Shown here: positions 17,250 to 27,059 of the stretch, piece by piece
Layout: every line of letters begins with the position of its first letter
Numbering within the stretch: position 1 is the stretch's first letter
NCBI GenBank assembly: GCA_035266845.1
Contig: DATFMP010000022.1
Location: 13,550 to 77,549, forward strand
DNA length: 64,000 nt
Reading direction: 5' to 3'
From: a bacterium
GTDB lineage: Bacteria > SAR324 > JACQKK01
Made by a program: the position numbers and the translations under genes
Notes under the pieces: generated by a model
The model's database searches: none
The model's input: the letters and a program-made list of their open reading frames with translations, nothing else
Told to the model about the DNA's origin: nothing

Positions 17250-19622
17250 ATGAGCCGACCGACCCGCTGGGCGCCCATCGCCCTCGCCTGGCTGCTGGTG
17301 CTGCTGGCAGCCGCCCTGACGGGGCAGGCCTTGTGGGCGGCGCAGTTGCAGATCGAGGCCCCGCGCTTCACCTTCGACCAAGCCACGCACACCTATACCT
17401 ACGAGGACGGCCGCCTGACCCTGGGCGACCTTTCGCTCTTCGCCAGCCACATGGTCCTGAACACGGCCACCGGGGCCGTGCACGCCACGGGCTTCATCCG
17501 CGTGCAGACGCCGCAACTCTCCGGCATAGCCGAGGCGCTGGACCTGGACGCCAACACGCGCGTGGGCACGCTGCACGGCGCCAGCCTGCACCTCACGCAG
17601 GGCGGGCTGTACCTGCGGGCGGAATCGGTGGTGGTACAGCCGGATGGCGGGCTGGTGCTGCAAAGCTGCACGCTCACATCGTGCCCACCCGGGGTGCCGG
17701 GCGCCTGGCACATCGCCGCCAGCTCCGTACACCTGCGCTCCGAGGGGCTCGGCGTGGCCTGGAACCCACGCCTGTCGCTGGGCCCGGTGCCCATCCTGTG
17801 GCTGCCGGGCATCGCCTGGCCCACGGTCAATGAGCGGCGCAGCGGGCTGCTGATCCCCCAGTTGTCCAACGATTCCTCCAGCCTCAAGCGCTTCAACCTG
17901 GGCTGGCGCCTAAGCCTGCCGGTGTTTCTCAACCTGGGCTACGACCACGACCTGACCCTCACGCCGGAGGTCATCCAGAACCGGGGCACGGCGCTGGGCC
18001 TGGAGTACAACTACGCCTTCTGGCCGGATGAGCGGGGGCGCCTCACCCTGTGGGGCCTGAAGGAGCGCGACCCCCGCGATGCGGCGCAGGAGAACGTGCC
18101 CAGCGGCATCACGGCCTTGTCCAGCCAGCTCACGCGCTACCGGGCGGACTGGCTGCACAACCAGGGGCTGGGGGACGCCACACGGCTGGTGCTGGGCTAC
18201 CACGACTCCAGCGACGGGCAGGTGCGGCGGGAGTACGACGCCGTGACGGAGTACCGCCCCTACCGGACTTATCAGGCCAGCCTGACCACCCAGTGGCCCT
18301 GGGCCGATGCGGCGCTGACCTTCGAGCAGAACGCGGACTTCACCGACGAATCGGTCTTCGCGAGAGGCGCCGCCGCCACGGACCTCCGGCAGCGGCCGCA
18401 GCTTCTGCCGCGACTGACAACGCACCTGGGCGGGCGACCCCTGGGCGGCTTGCCTCTCGCGCTGGGCCTGAACCTGGGAGCCACGCGCTTCGAAGCGCCG
18501 GACGCGGTGAGCGGCCGGCTGTACGAGGCCAGTCCCACGCTGGCGCTGCCGCTGGCGCTGGGCGGGGCCTTCGAGTTGCGGTCCAGTTTCACGCGCCACC
18601 TCGTCTCGTACGCCGGGCTCACCCAGGGCAGCGGCAGCGGGGGCGCCACCCCGCTCGATGCGCAGTCCTTCGGCCAGACGGAGGGCCGCGTGGAGCTGCG
18701 CACGGCACTAGCGCGGGTCTACACGCCGGAGAGCGGGGCCTACGCGGCACTCAAGCACCGCATCGTGCCGCGCCTGATCTTCACGGACGTGCAGGACGTA
18801 CCGCAGCCCTTCGCGGATCAGGTGTTGCGCGGCCGGGTGGCCGAGCGGCTGGTGACCCTGCGGCTGGACAACGACCTGCTGGGCCGCGGCCCCGATCCGG
18901 CCCTGCCCGCCGACGCGCCGCCGGGGACCCCGGCACCCCTCGCGCCGGTGACCGACCTGCTGCACGTGAACCTGATCCAGCGCTACAACCTGCTGCTGCG
19001 GCCGGACGCCCCCACGCTGCAGGGCCCGGCGCTCTCGCTGCGCCAGGAGACCGAGCCGGGGCAGCCGCTGCTGCCGCTGTTGCTGGAGGTTACGGCCCAG
19101 GGTTCGCAGTTCAGCGCCAACGCGTTGGTGAACTACCACCACCAGTTGCACCGCACCACCCAGATGGCGCTGGGCCTGCAGGGCATCACGGCGCCCGGCA
19201 CCACGCTGGGCGTGGGCTACAGCTCCAACGAGTTCGCCTTCGTCACGCCGGACAACAAGGAGGTGGCCGCCGGCAACGCCTTCACCTTCAACGGGGCCAT
19301 GGCCTGGACGGACAATTGGGGCATGGGCTTCTCGGGCCGCATCAACCTGGTGGACGGCACCCCGCCGCTGAACCGCCGCCTGGACCAGGGCGAGTTGTTT
19401 GTCGAATACCACCCGGTCTGCTACCGCGTGAGGGCGAGCTATACCGAGCAGGTAGCGACAACCCTGGAGGCCGGAGTGGCCACGTACTACCTGGACCGCC
19501 GCTTCAAGCTGTCATTCGACCTCACAGGATTGGTGGGCGGCGCCGCACCGCCGCCAAGCACCTCCACACCCTCCACCACGGCCGATGCCGATGCCTCCCC
19601 GCAGGCGCACTGCCGCAGCTAG
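17250..19622 (+). CDS. lptD: LPS-assembly outer-membrane protein LptD (OstA family)
   Basis: Signal peptide MSRPTRWAPIALAWLLVLLAAA; OstA N-domain; large beta-barrel region; ~790 aa from the ATG at 17250. Upstream ORF frame portion 16272-17249 is spurious (out-of-frame overlap with hslO). Confidence 0.85.
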   Translation: MSRPTRWAPIALAWLLVLLAAALTGQALWAAQLQIEAPRFTFDQATHTYTYEDGRLTLGDLSLFASHMVLNTATGAVHATGFIRVQTPQLSGIAEALDLDANTRVGTLHGASLHLTQGGLYLRAESVVVQPDGGLVLQSCTLTSCPPGVPGAWHIAASSVHLRSEGLGVAWNPRLSLGPVPILWLPGIAWPTVNERRSGLLIPQLSNDSSSLKRFNLGWRLSLPVFLNLGYDHDLTLTPEVIQNRGTALGLEYNYAFWPDERGRLTLWGLKERDPRDAAQENVPSGITALSSQLTRYRADWLHNQGLGDATRLVLGYHDSSDGQVRREYDAVTEYRPYRTYQASLTTQWPWADAALTFEQNADFTDESVFARGAAATDLRQRPQLLPRLTTHLGGRPLGGLPLALGLNLGATRFEAPDAVSGRLYEASPTLALPLALGGAFELRSSFTRHLVSYAGLTQGSGSGGATPLDAQSFGQTEGRVELRTALARVYTPESGAYAALKHRIVPRLIFTDVQDVPQPFADQVLRGRVAERLVTLRLDNDLLGRGPDPALPADAPPGTPAPLAPVTDLLHVNLIQRYNLLLRPDAPTLQGPALSLRQETEPGQPLLPLLLEVTAQGSQFSANALVNYHHQLHRTTQMALGLQGITAPGTTLGVGYSSNEFAFVTPDNKEVAAGNAFTFNGAMAWTDNWGMGFSGRINLVDGTPPLNRRLDQGELFVEYHPVCYRVRASYTEQVATTLEAGVATYYLDRRFKLSFDLTGLVGGAAPPPSTSTPSTTADADASPQAHCRS

Positions 19623-20328
19623 CGCACTGGGCGTGCTGCTGGCCGCACTGGTGATGGCGGCCGGTGCGCGACCCGTCCGGGCGCAGTCCACCGCGCAGCC
19701 GGGCGTTGAGCAGCCAGCGGTGCCGGCGGCCGCACCGGTGGCCCCGGCGCCCGTGCCCCTACCCGCTGATCTGGGCCCGGAGGTGCCCGTGCCCACGCCC
19801 ACGCCACTGCTGCCGGGGCAGCCCGACCCGCGGCGCGGGCTGCAGTTCGGACTCGGCCTGCCGGTGGTGGATCTGCACTCGGAGAAGCTGGGCGTGCACC
19901 TGCGGGGCGGCAAGCCCTCGCAGACGGGCGTGATGCTGCAGGTGGACGCGGTGCGCGATCCGTTCCGGCTGGGCTACGTGCGGCAGCTCTACCGCACGGA
20001 CCTGCCCGCAGGCACCACGCTGGACGGGCAGGCCGTGGACGCGCTCAGCGTGGACAGCGACCAGCTCTGGGCCTTCCACGGCTTCCGCCTCTGGCACAGC
20101 CTGTACCTGGCCTATGGGCTGGGCTGGCAGCGGCGGCAGATCCGCCTGCTGGAGGCGGGCGTGGCGGTGCGCGGCCTCAGCGAATCGGGCTTTGTGGGCG
20201 GCTTGCAGGCGGACTGGGCCGTGGCGCTGCCCTTCTCGCTGCAACTGCGGCTGTTCGGGGATCTGCGGCCGGGGTTGGTGGAGTTGCGGGTGGCCACGCT
20301 GCAACTCGCCTTCATCGCGGCATTCTGA
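19585..20328 (+). CDS. secreted/outer-membrane beta-barrel-like hypothetical protein
   Basis: Signal peptide ASALGVLLAALVMAAGARPVRAQS; alternating amphipathic strands; C-terminal ...LQLAFIAAF ends in an aromatic residue (OMP signature). Confidence 0.55.
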   Translation: MPMPPRRRTAAASALGVLLAALVMAAGARPVRAQSTAQPGVEQPAVPAAAPVAPAPVPLPADLGPEVPVPTPTPLLPGQPDPRRGLQFGLGLPVVDLHSEKLGVHLRGGKPSQTGVMLQVDAVRDPFRLGYVRQLYRTDLPAGTTLDGQAVDALSVDSDQLWAFHGFRLWHSLYLAYGLGWQRRQIRLLEAGVAVRGLSESGFVGGLQADWAVALPFSLQLRLFGDLRPGLVELRVATLQLAFIAAF

Positions 20329-20339
20329 GCGGCAGGGAG

Positions 20340-20780
20340 TCAGCCGCCGTTGGAGCGTGGGCTGTCTTCCCGCGTCAACTCCAGGTCGTCCATCTGCTTC
20401 ATCATGACGAGGAATTGCATGCCCACCGTCTCGTCCGCGAAGCGGCAGTGCACCTCGTACTTGGTCTCGAGCAGGTCCTCGTCGGCCAGCACCAGCGGGC
20501 ATTCCACCACGGTGGCCTCCACAGAGAAGGCCTTGCCCAGCGTAATGCTGACCGTCTCGCCGATCTTGAAGGGAAAGTCCGAGTGTACCGAGATGCCCGA
20601 GACGGAGACGTCCACCACCTCGAAGCGCGGCTCCACTTTGATGAACACGTACTGGGATTTCAGGCGGAAACGCGGCCGGTCGCGGCGCTCCTCCCCCTGG
20701 GGCAGAGGCTGCACCTCGCCACGCGTCGTGCCCTCGCGGAGCAACGCCTCGTAGTCCTGCTTCCATTGCCAGCCGGCCAT
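20340..20780 (-). CDS. PilZ-domain (c-di-GMP binding) protein
   Basis: RRDRPRFRL (RxxxR) and DVSVSGISV (DxSxxG) motifs; 146 aa from the ATG at 20780. The upstream ORF extension is R/G-rich junk. Confidence 0.75.
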   Translation of the reverse strand: MAGWQWKQDYEALLREGTTRGEVQPLPQGEERRDRPRFRLKSQYVFIKVEPRFEVVDVSVSGISVHSDFPFKIGETVSITLGKAFSVEATVVECPLVLADEDLLETKYEVHCRFADETVGMQFLVMMKQMDDLELTREDSPRSNGG

Positions 20781-20995
20781 GGCCCCCTCTCCGTAGGCGC
20801 GGTTGAACTGAACCGGGCGGAGGCCAGTGCGGACGCTCAGGCCTTTCCCGCGCCGGGCGGATGGTGCAAGCTGACGGACGCTTGACGAATACCCTGTCGC
20901 GCTTTGACAGATTATGCAATCGGGGGCCCACTCCGGCGCCAACTGCCGCGCCCCGAGGACCCCGCTCCGACCGCAACCCGCACCCTGCCCCACGC

Positions 20996-23650
20996 ATGAA
21001 CCTGCTGATCCGTACCTGCAAATGCCACTGGGAGGCCGGCGAGAATCTGCACTGGGGCCGCGCCGCCGGGCGCCGGCCCTTCGCCCCGCCCGGCACCGCG
21101 CCGCAGTTCGCCCCGGACGTGCCTGTTGCGGCACAGCACCTGCGGCTGGAGCTGCACCTGGACTTCGACGCGCAGCGCGCCTGGGGCACCACCACGCACA
21201 CGCTGGAGGTGCTCGCGCCCGAGGTGGTGCGGGTGGCCTTCGATGCGATCAGCCTGGAGGTGAGCCGGGTGCAGGTGAACGGCCGCAACGCCCCCTTCGT
21301 CAACGACGGCCGCAAGGTGACCGTGGAGTTGCCCCGCAAGCTCAAGCGCGGCCAGACCTGCGAGGTGCGCCTGCAGCACGCCGTGACGCGGCCCGTGGCG
21401 GGGTTGTACTTCACCGCGCCGGATGCGGCCTATCCCCAGCGCTTCCACACCGCCTGGAGCCAGGGGCAGGACGAGGACTCGCGCTACTACTTCCCCTGCC
21501 TCGACGCCCCACGCTTCAAGCAGACCTCCGAGGCGCTGCTGTACGTGCCGCAGGGGATGTTCGCGCTGTCCAACGGGGAGCGCATGGCGCACAAGGCGCG
21601 CGCAGGCGATGGTGAATCGCTGTGGCACTACCGCCTGGACATCCCATACTCCACCTACCTGTTCTCCATCGTGGCGGGGGACTTTGCCGAGCACCGCGAG
21701 CGCGGCCGGGGCGCCCACGCGCCGGAGGTGCGCTGGTACGTGCAGCGCGGCCGCGAGGCCGAGGGCCGCAATGCCTTCGGAAACACCGCGGAGATCGTGC
21801 GCTTCCTGGCGGACTTTACAGGCGTGCCCTACCCGGCAAAGGCATACACGCAGATCGCCGTGCCGGACTTCATCTTCGGGGGGATGGAGAACTTCACCGC
21901 CACCACCCAGACGGACCTGACCCTACACGACGAGCGCGCCCACCTGGATTTCTCGTCGGACGACCTGGTGGCCCACGAGGCCGCCCACACCTGGTTCGGC
22001 AACCTGGTGACGGCGCGGGAATGGGCCCATGCCTGGCTGCACGAGTCCTTCGCGACCTACCTGGAGTCGCTCTACACGCGGGACGCCAAGGGCGTGGACG
22101 AGTTCGACTACCAGGTGCTGCGCGACGCGGAGGCGTACTTCCACGAGGACGGGCAGTACCGGCGCCCGATCGTCACCCAGCGCTACGAGGCGCCCATCGA
22201 CCTGTTCGATGCGCACCTGTATCCCGGCGGGGCCGTGCGCTTGCGCAACCTGCACGCGCTGCTGAGCGAGGATACCTTCCGTGCCACGCTGAAGCGCTAC
22301 CTGGAGGCCCACCGCTACGGTGTGGCAGAGACGAACGATCTGGCCCGCGCCGTGGAGGCGGAGGCCGGCGCCAATTGGGATTGGTGGTTCGAGCAGTGGA
22401 TTCACGCTGCGGGCTATCCCAGCCTGGAGATCACCTACGCCTGGGATGCCGACGAGCACTTGGCGCAGGTGACGATCCGCCAGACCGAGCCCCTCACCGA
22501 TCCCCTGGGCGACCCCAAGGCCAAGCGCTGGTTCCGCCTGCCCAGCACGCTCGCGTTCCAGGTAGGCCGGCGCACAGAGCGCTTCCCGGTCACACTGGAC
22601 GCGGAGTCGCATCGCTTCGTGTTCCGCTTGTCCGGTCGGCCCAGCATGGTGCTGTTCGATCCGGACTTCGAGTGCCCGGTCAAGCGCGTCAAGTTCGAGA
22701 AGCCGGAGGACCTGCTGCTGCACCAGTTGGAGCACGCCCCGCGCCCCATCGCCCGCATCGAGGCTGCCGTCGCACTGGCGGACAAGCCTTCCGCCAAGGC
22801 GGTGGCCGCGCTGGGGCGGCGCCTGCGCCGCGAGCCGTTCTGGGGCGTGCAGCAGCGCATCACCCGCACCCTGGGCAAGATCGGCGGCAGCGCAGCCCGC
22901 GATGCCCTGTTGGCCGCGCTGAACCTGCCGCACCCCAAGGCACGGCGAGAGGTGGTGGCCACCCTTGGGCACTTCAAGGACGACGAGGCCGTGACCACCG
23001 CCCTGCTGCGCAAGGCGCGCCGCGGCGATGCCTCGTACTACGTGGAGGCCGAGCTGGCGCGCGCGCTGGGGCGCTGCCGCGCGCCGGGGGCGAGCGGCGT
23101 GCTGACCGACTGGCTGGGCCGCGACTCCCACGTGGAGGTGATCCGCACCGGCGCGCTGGATGGGCTGGCGGAGCTGGGCGAGGCGGAGAGCTGGCCCACC
23201 GTGCTGGCGTACCTGCACTACGGCGCCCCCGCGCTGAGCCGCGCCGCCGCCATCCGCGCGACCGCGGAGCTGGCACTGCGGCATCCGCACCTGCGCAAGC
23301 CCGCGCTGGATGCGCTGGGGCAGGTGGCAGAGCACCGGGACAACCCGGCCGCCGCGTTCCGAGGCAAGATGGCTGCCCTGCGCGCCCTGGTGCGGCTGGG
23401 CGATCCGGACGGGCTGCCCATCCTGCAGCGCGTCGCCGCGAACGAAGTGGACGGCCGCCTCGTGCGCCACGCCCGGCTCTGCGCCCGCGACCTGCGCGAA
23501 GGCCTCTCCAAGCCCCAGGAGATGGAGACTCTGCGCACCGACCTGGATCAGATCGTCAAGGAAAACAAAGGCCTCCGTGATCGCGTGGGCGTACTCGAGC
23601 AGAAGGCCAAGGCCCCCGCGGCCAAGCGCACCCACCGCAAGCGGGGCTGA
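20996..23650 (+). CDS. pepN: M1-family aminopeptidase N with C-terminal HEAT/ARM-like repeats
   Basis: GGMENF exopeptidase motif; HEAAHTWFGNLVT...E zinc site; ~884 aa from the ATG at 20996. Confidence 0.9.
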   Translation: MNLLIRTCKCHWEAGENLHWGRAAGRRPFAPPGTAPQFAPDVPVAAQHLRLELHLDFDAQRAWGTTTHTLEVLAPEVVRVAFDAISLEVSRVQVNGRNAPFVNDGRKVTVELPRKLKRGQTCEVRLQHAVTRPVAGLYFTAPDAAYPQRFHTAWSQGQDEDSRYYFPCLDAPRFKQTSEALLYVPQGMFALSNGERMAHKARAGDGESLWHYRLDIPYSTYLFSIVAGDFAEHRERGRGAHAPEVRWYVQRGREAEGRNAFGNTAEIVRFLADFTGVPYPAKAYTQIAVPDFIFGGMENFTATTQTDLTLHDERAHLDFSSDDLVAHEAAHTWFGNLVTAREWAHAWLHESFATYLESLYTRDAKGVDEFDYQVLRDAEAYFHEDGQYRRPIVTQRYEAPIDLFDAHLYPGGAVRLRNLHALLSEDTFRATLKRYLEAHRYGVAETNDLARAVEAEAGANWDWWFEQWIHAAGYPSLEITYAWDADEHLAQVTIRQTEPLTDPLGDPKAKRWFRLPSTLAFQVGRRTERFPVTLDAESHRFVFRLSGRPSMVLFDPDFECPVKRVKFEKPEDLLLHQLEHAPRPIARIEAAVALADKPSAKAVAALGRRLRREPFWGVQQRITRTLGKIGGSAARDALLAALNLPHPKARREVVATLGHFKDDEAVTTALLRKARRGDASYYVEAELARALGRCRAPGASGVLTDWLGRDSHVEVIRTGALDGLAELGEAESWPTVLAYLHYGAPALSRAAAIRATAELALRHPHLRKPALDALGQVAEHRDNPAAAFRGKMAALRALVRLGDPDGLPILQRVAANEVDGRLVRHARLCARDLREGLSKPQEMETLRTDLDQIVKENKGLRDRVGVLEQKAKAPAAKRTHRKRG

Positions 23651-23654
23651 GCGG

Positions 23655-23760
23655 ATTCCACAACGGGTTTCGTTGGGGGAACAAGTTCCCCCAAACCCCC
23701 TGGGCACAGGTTCCGTCAACGGCCGTGATACCGGTCACGGCAATCGCTGCCGTCCAGCTT
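23655..23760. repeat. intergenic palindromic element, copy 2 (reverse orientation): GGGGGAAC-AA-GTTCCCCC hairpin plus GCCGTGATACCGGTCACGGC palindrome
   Basis: The reverse complement reads CAGGGGGTTTGGGGGAACTTGTTCCCCC. Confidence 0.5.
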
Positions 23761-23856
23761 CCGGTGCAAGGGGTGCAGGGAGCAAGGGTCCCTGCTGGGG
23801 GTTTCAGGAGGCAATGCCCGCTGATTGCAGTCATGCAGCCTTGGCCCAGCCTTCCG

Positions 23857-24702
23857 TTACTCCAGGCGCAGGGGCTCGATGCGGAAGTCGGGGCCGTCCA
23901 GCACGATGCGGTGGAACGCTGAGGGATCGTCGGGCCGGGGCCGTTGGGTGCTGCTGGCGCTGTTGACGACGGTGAGCGGCCCGTGGCGGCCGTTCATGGT
24001 GAGCACCCAGTTCTGGTGGATGTGCCCGTGCAGGTACAGCCGCACGGGGTGGGCCAACAGCCATTCGCGCACGGCGTCCTGGTTGGTCAGGTCGTGGCTG
24101 GCCCGATAGTGGTGCGGCGGCGGAAAGAACACCGGGTAGTGGTTGGCGATGATCACACGCGCACCCGTGGGCAGCCCGGCCAGCCACGCCTCGGTGGCCG
24201 CCAGGGTCTCCGGCGGCACTCGCCCGGCCGCGGAGCGCCAGGGGGCAGGCACCGCGCTGTCCCAGGTAACCAGCCACCAGTGCTCGGTGAGTTGCCGCGT
24301 GTGCAGCCTGCCCCGGCCCGTGAATTCCCCGAAGCGCGCCTCGAAGGCGCCCTGGCCCGGCGGCTCGGCCACGTACCGGTCATGGTTGCCGGGAATGATG
24401 GTGACCTGATCGGGGCCTCGGGCCAGCAAGGGCGCCAGCGCCTCGCGGGCCAGCGCGAACTCTTCCGGCGTGCCCAGTTGCGTCAGGTCGCCTGTGATCA
24501 GCAGGTGCTGCCACGGTTCGCGCTGCAGGCGCTCCACCAGCCGCCGCGCGCGCTCCGGTGGAAATTGCCGCCGGCGCCGCAGCACCAAGTTCAGCGCACC
24601 CAGCGCGCGCTTGGACAGGTACTGCCCCGGCCGCCTGGGCAGCCGATGGAAGTGCGGGTCCGAGATGTGCATCAAAACAAAGGGCATCTGAGAAGCGGAC
24701 AC
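23857..24702 (-). CDS. calcineurin-like metallophosphoesterase
   Basis: HISDPHF, ITGDLT, GNHD and HGHIHQ metal-ligand motifs. Confidence 0.8.
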   Translation of the reverse strand: MSASQMPFVLMHISDPHFHRLPRRPGQYLSKRALGALNLVLRRRRQFPPERARRLVERLQREPWQHLLITGDLTQLGTPEEFALAREALAPLLARGPDQVTIIPGNHDRYVAEPPGQGAFEARFGEFTGRGRLHTRQLTEHWWLVTWDSAVPAPWRSAAGRVPPETLAATEAWLAGLPTGARVIIANHYPVFFPPPHHYRASHDLTNQDAVREWLLAHPVRLYLHGHIHQNWVLTMNGRHGPLTVVNSASSTQRPRPDDPSAFHRIVLDGPDFRIEPLRLE

Positions 24703-24830
24703 AGGGCGGTCGATGGCTCGTCAGGGAAGGCCGGAATCTGCTATGCCGTGGATAACGGTAGCACCCACACGCCGGCCGTGACGAGGGGCAGGCCCTTCCC
24801 CGCTACCCACGCCTGGAGTCGTGAGCACCG

Positions 24831-26312
24831 ATGGAAACCGCGCTGCAGATCAGCTTCTACGTGGTCGGCGGGGTGTTCCTGCTGGGCGTGCTGATGGTGC
24901 TGGTGCTCATCAAGGACGTCTTCTTCCACGGCCGCTTCAGCACCATCCTGCCCACCGTTCATCGTGTACCCACCACGGCGCTGGATGCCGCGCGCGCCAC
25001 GCTGAAGGAGCTGCACGAGGCCCTGCGAGGCGCCCAGGGCGAGCGCGAGGACACCATCGCCTACGAGATCCGGCACCTGGAGCACCGCATCGAGGCGCTG
25101 GAGGACAAGACCTACACCGACCAGTCGGACTACTACGATACCGCCAAGGCCCGCGAGCGGGTCTGGCGCGAGTGGCGGGCCCTGCACGAGCAGGTCCGCC
25201 GCGCTGGCTTCCGCGAGCGCCGCCACCTGCGCGACCGCGTAGAGGAATTGCGCGAGCAGTACCGCAGGCTGGACCGCGAGGTGGGCGAGGAATACCATCG
25301 CGCCGTGGCCCGTGACACCCTCACGCTGGAGGAGTTGCGTACCGGCGGCGTGCTTGATCCCGAGGTGCTGCGGCCAGAGCCACCGCCCGGCACCGCCCAG
25401 GCCACTCCGGGAGCGACCGGTGCCACCGGGACGGAGGCCGGCGAAGGCGCCGAGGGCGCTCAGCCGGCTACGACGCGGCATCCCACGGGTCGCTCCGGCA
25501 AGTGGATGTCACCCCTGCCGCCGTACCCCCCCGCGGAGGGCGGCCTGCTGGGACAGGCCGACTTGGCGCGGCCGGAGGTGCAGAAGTCCGAACGCACCTA
25601 CGTGGACCCCACGCTCAGCACAGCGGTGCTGCCCGGCGCCATGCTCTCCGGCGCGGACCTCAGCCGCAGCTCGTTTGCGGAGGTGGAATTCGTCGGTGTG
25701 CAGCGCTTCGTCAACTGCGGCTTCGTGGCCACGGACCTGCGCCGCATAGAGCTGCGGCAGGCCGAAGCGCCGCACCTGTTCCAGGACTGCGACCTGCGCG
25801 GCGCCTCCCTGGCCCAGGCACAGCTGGCCGGTGTGGTGTTCCGGCGCTGCAACCTCACCAGCACCCATTGGCGCAGCGCCCGGCTGGATCGCGTGAAGTT
25901 CGAGAGCTGCCGGATGGAGAACGTGCGTTGGGAGGGCGTGGACCTCAGCCGCACCGTGATGTCTGAGGACATGCTGGCGCACGCGGACTTCGCCTTCGTC
26001 TCCAAGCCACCCCTCAACATGCGTCCCGCGATGGAGTCCCCGCCGGAGCTGGAAGAGGCGCGCGTGGCGACCCCCGCGCCGCCCACCCAAGCGCAGGCGC
26101 AGCCCGGGATGCCCGCCGACACGGCCGCCACGCAGGCGTCCGCTGAAGCGCCAACCCCAGCCCCGCCAGCAGCCGAGGGCGAAGCGAACGGCACGTCTGC
26201 CGCCCAACGTGCCCCGCAGCCGGAGGCCGCCGGGGCCGAGCCGGCCCCCGATGCGGAGCCGACCCCGCGGGACGGTCCCCCGCCCGCTGCCGGGAATCGC
26301 GGCGAGGAGTAG
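24831..26312 (+). CDS. membrane protein with N-terminal TM, coiled coil and pentapeptide-repeat domain
   Basis: TM YVVGGVFLLGVLMVLVLI; A(D/N)LxR pentapeptide runs ADLSRSSFAEVEF...ATDLRRIELRQAEA...CDLRGASLAQAQLAG; P/A/E-rich tail. Confidence 0.7.
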   Translation: METALQISFYVVGGVFLLGVLMVLVLIKDVFFHGRFSTILPTVHRVPTTALDAARATLKELHEALRGAQGEREDTIAYEIRHLEHRIEALEDKTYTDQSDYYDTAKARERVWREWRALHEQVRRAGFRERRHLRDRVEELREQYRRLDREVGEEYHRAVARDTLTLEELRTGGVLDPEVLRPEPPPGTAQATPGATGATGTEAGEGAEGAQPATTRHPTGRSGKWMSPLPPYPPAEGGLLGQADLARPEVQKSERTYVDPTLSTAVLPGAMLSGADLSRSSFAEVEFVGVQRFVNCGFVATDLRRIELRQAEAPHLFQDCDLRGASLAQAQLAGVVFRRCNLTSTHWRSARLDRVKFESCRMENVRWEGVDLSRTVMSEDMLAHADFAFVSKPPLNMRPAMESPPELEEARVATPAPPTQAQAQPGMPADTAATQASAEAPTPAPPAAEGEANGTSAAQRAPQPEAAGAEPAPDAEPTPRDGPPPAAGNRGEE

Positions 26313-26419
26313 CCTCCAAGCAGCCGTCGTGCGGCGCGGCGGTTGGCATTTGCAGCCCTGCCCGGTATTCTGGGAGCAATCGACCCTCGCCCATTCGAGT
26401 CCTCAGCCCCGATCCTCCG

Positions 26420-27025
26420 TTGCGACTCCCGATCCGATTGTTGTGTATGGTCGCGCTGATGGCGGCAGTGGCGCCGGCGCAGGTCTGGGCTCAGGCGGAG
26501 GGCAACGCGCCGATCTTCCGGCGCTTCAGCACGCCGCCCTCGCGCACGGAAACACGCCTGCTCATGTTCGAGGTGCCCGTGGCGCTGCGGCCGCAGACGG
26601 ACCCCCAGGCCGAGGTGACCCAGAACCAGGGCATCGGCTTCCGCATCGCGGCCCTGCCCTTCAACCGGGTCTTCGGCACGGTGGGGATGGACTTCGCGCG
26701 GGTGCGCTGGACGCCCAGCGATCCAGGCGTGAGCAGCACGGAGGTGCGGACGCTGGACGCCAACCAGGAGGTCAACTTCTGGGTGGGGCACCACGTCATC
26801 GTCGGGTTCGGCATTGGCCTGGGCATCCTGGATTCGCTGGTGCAGAAGACAAACGGGCGCTTCGAGCACAACCTGGTACCGTACATCCCTGTGCGGCTGG
26901 GGGTGGATCTGTCGCTGTGGGACAAAGTCTTCGTGGGTCTGCGGGCTGTCGCGACGCCCTTCTTCGCAACGGGGGTGGAGGCGGGCCATTCGCGGCTGCT
27001 GCTGGAGGTGGGTTGGGCCTACTGA
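26420..27025 (+). CDS. secreted outer-membrane beta-barrel-like hypothetical protein
   Basis: Signal peptide MRLPIRLLCMVALMAAVAPAQVWAQA; C-terminal LLLEVGWAY ends in an aromatic residue. Confidence 0.55.
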   Translation: MRLPIRLLCMVALMAAVAPAQVWAQAEGNAPIFRRFSTPPSRTETRLLMFEVPVALRPQTDPQAEVTQNQGIGFRIAALPFNRVFGTVGMDFARVRWTPSDPGVSSTEVRTLDANQEVNFWVGHHVIVGFGIGLGILDSLVQKTNGRFEHNLVPYIPVRLGVDLSLWDKVFVGLRAVATPFFATGVEAGHSRLLLEVGWAY

Positions 27026-27059
27026 CGCGCCGGCACGAACGCGCACCACACGGACGATC

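Noticed and set aside
23556-23834. 92-aa ORF and 9142..9336 64-aa ORF sharing QGVWGN(V/L)FP
   Set aside because: The shared peptide is a translation of the conserved intergenic repeat element (GGGGGAAC..GTTCCCCC), not evidence of a protein family.
26313-26419. TGGCAT-TTGCA sigma-54-like promoter upstream of the OMP-like gene
   Set aside because: The GG-to-GC spacing is wrong for a -24/-12 promoter.
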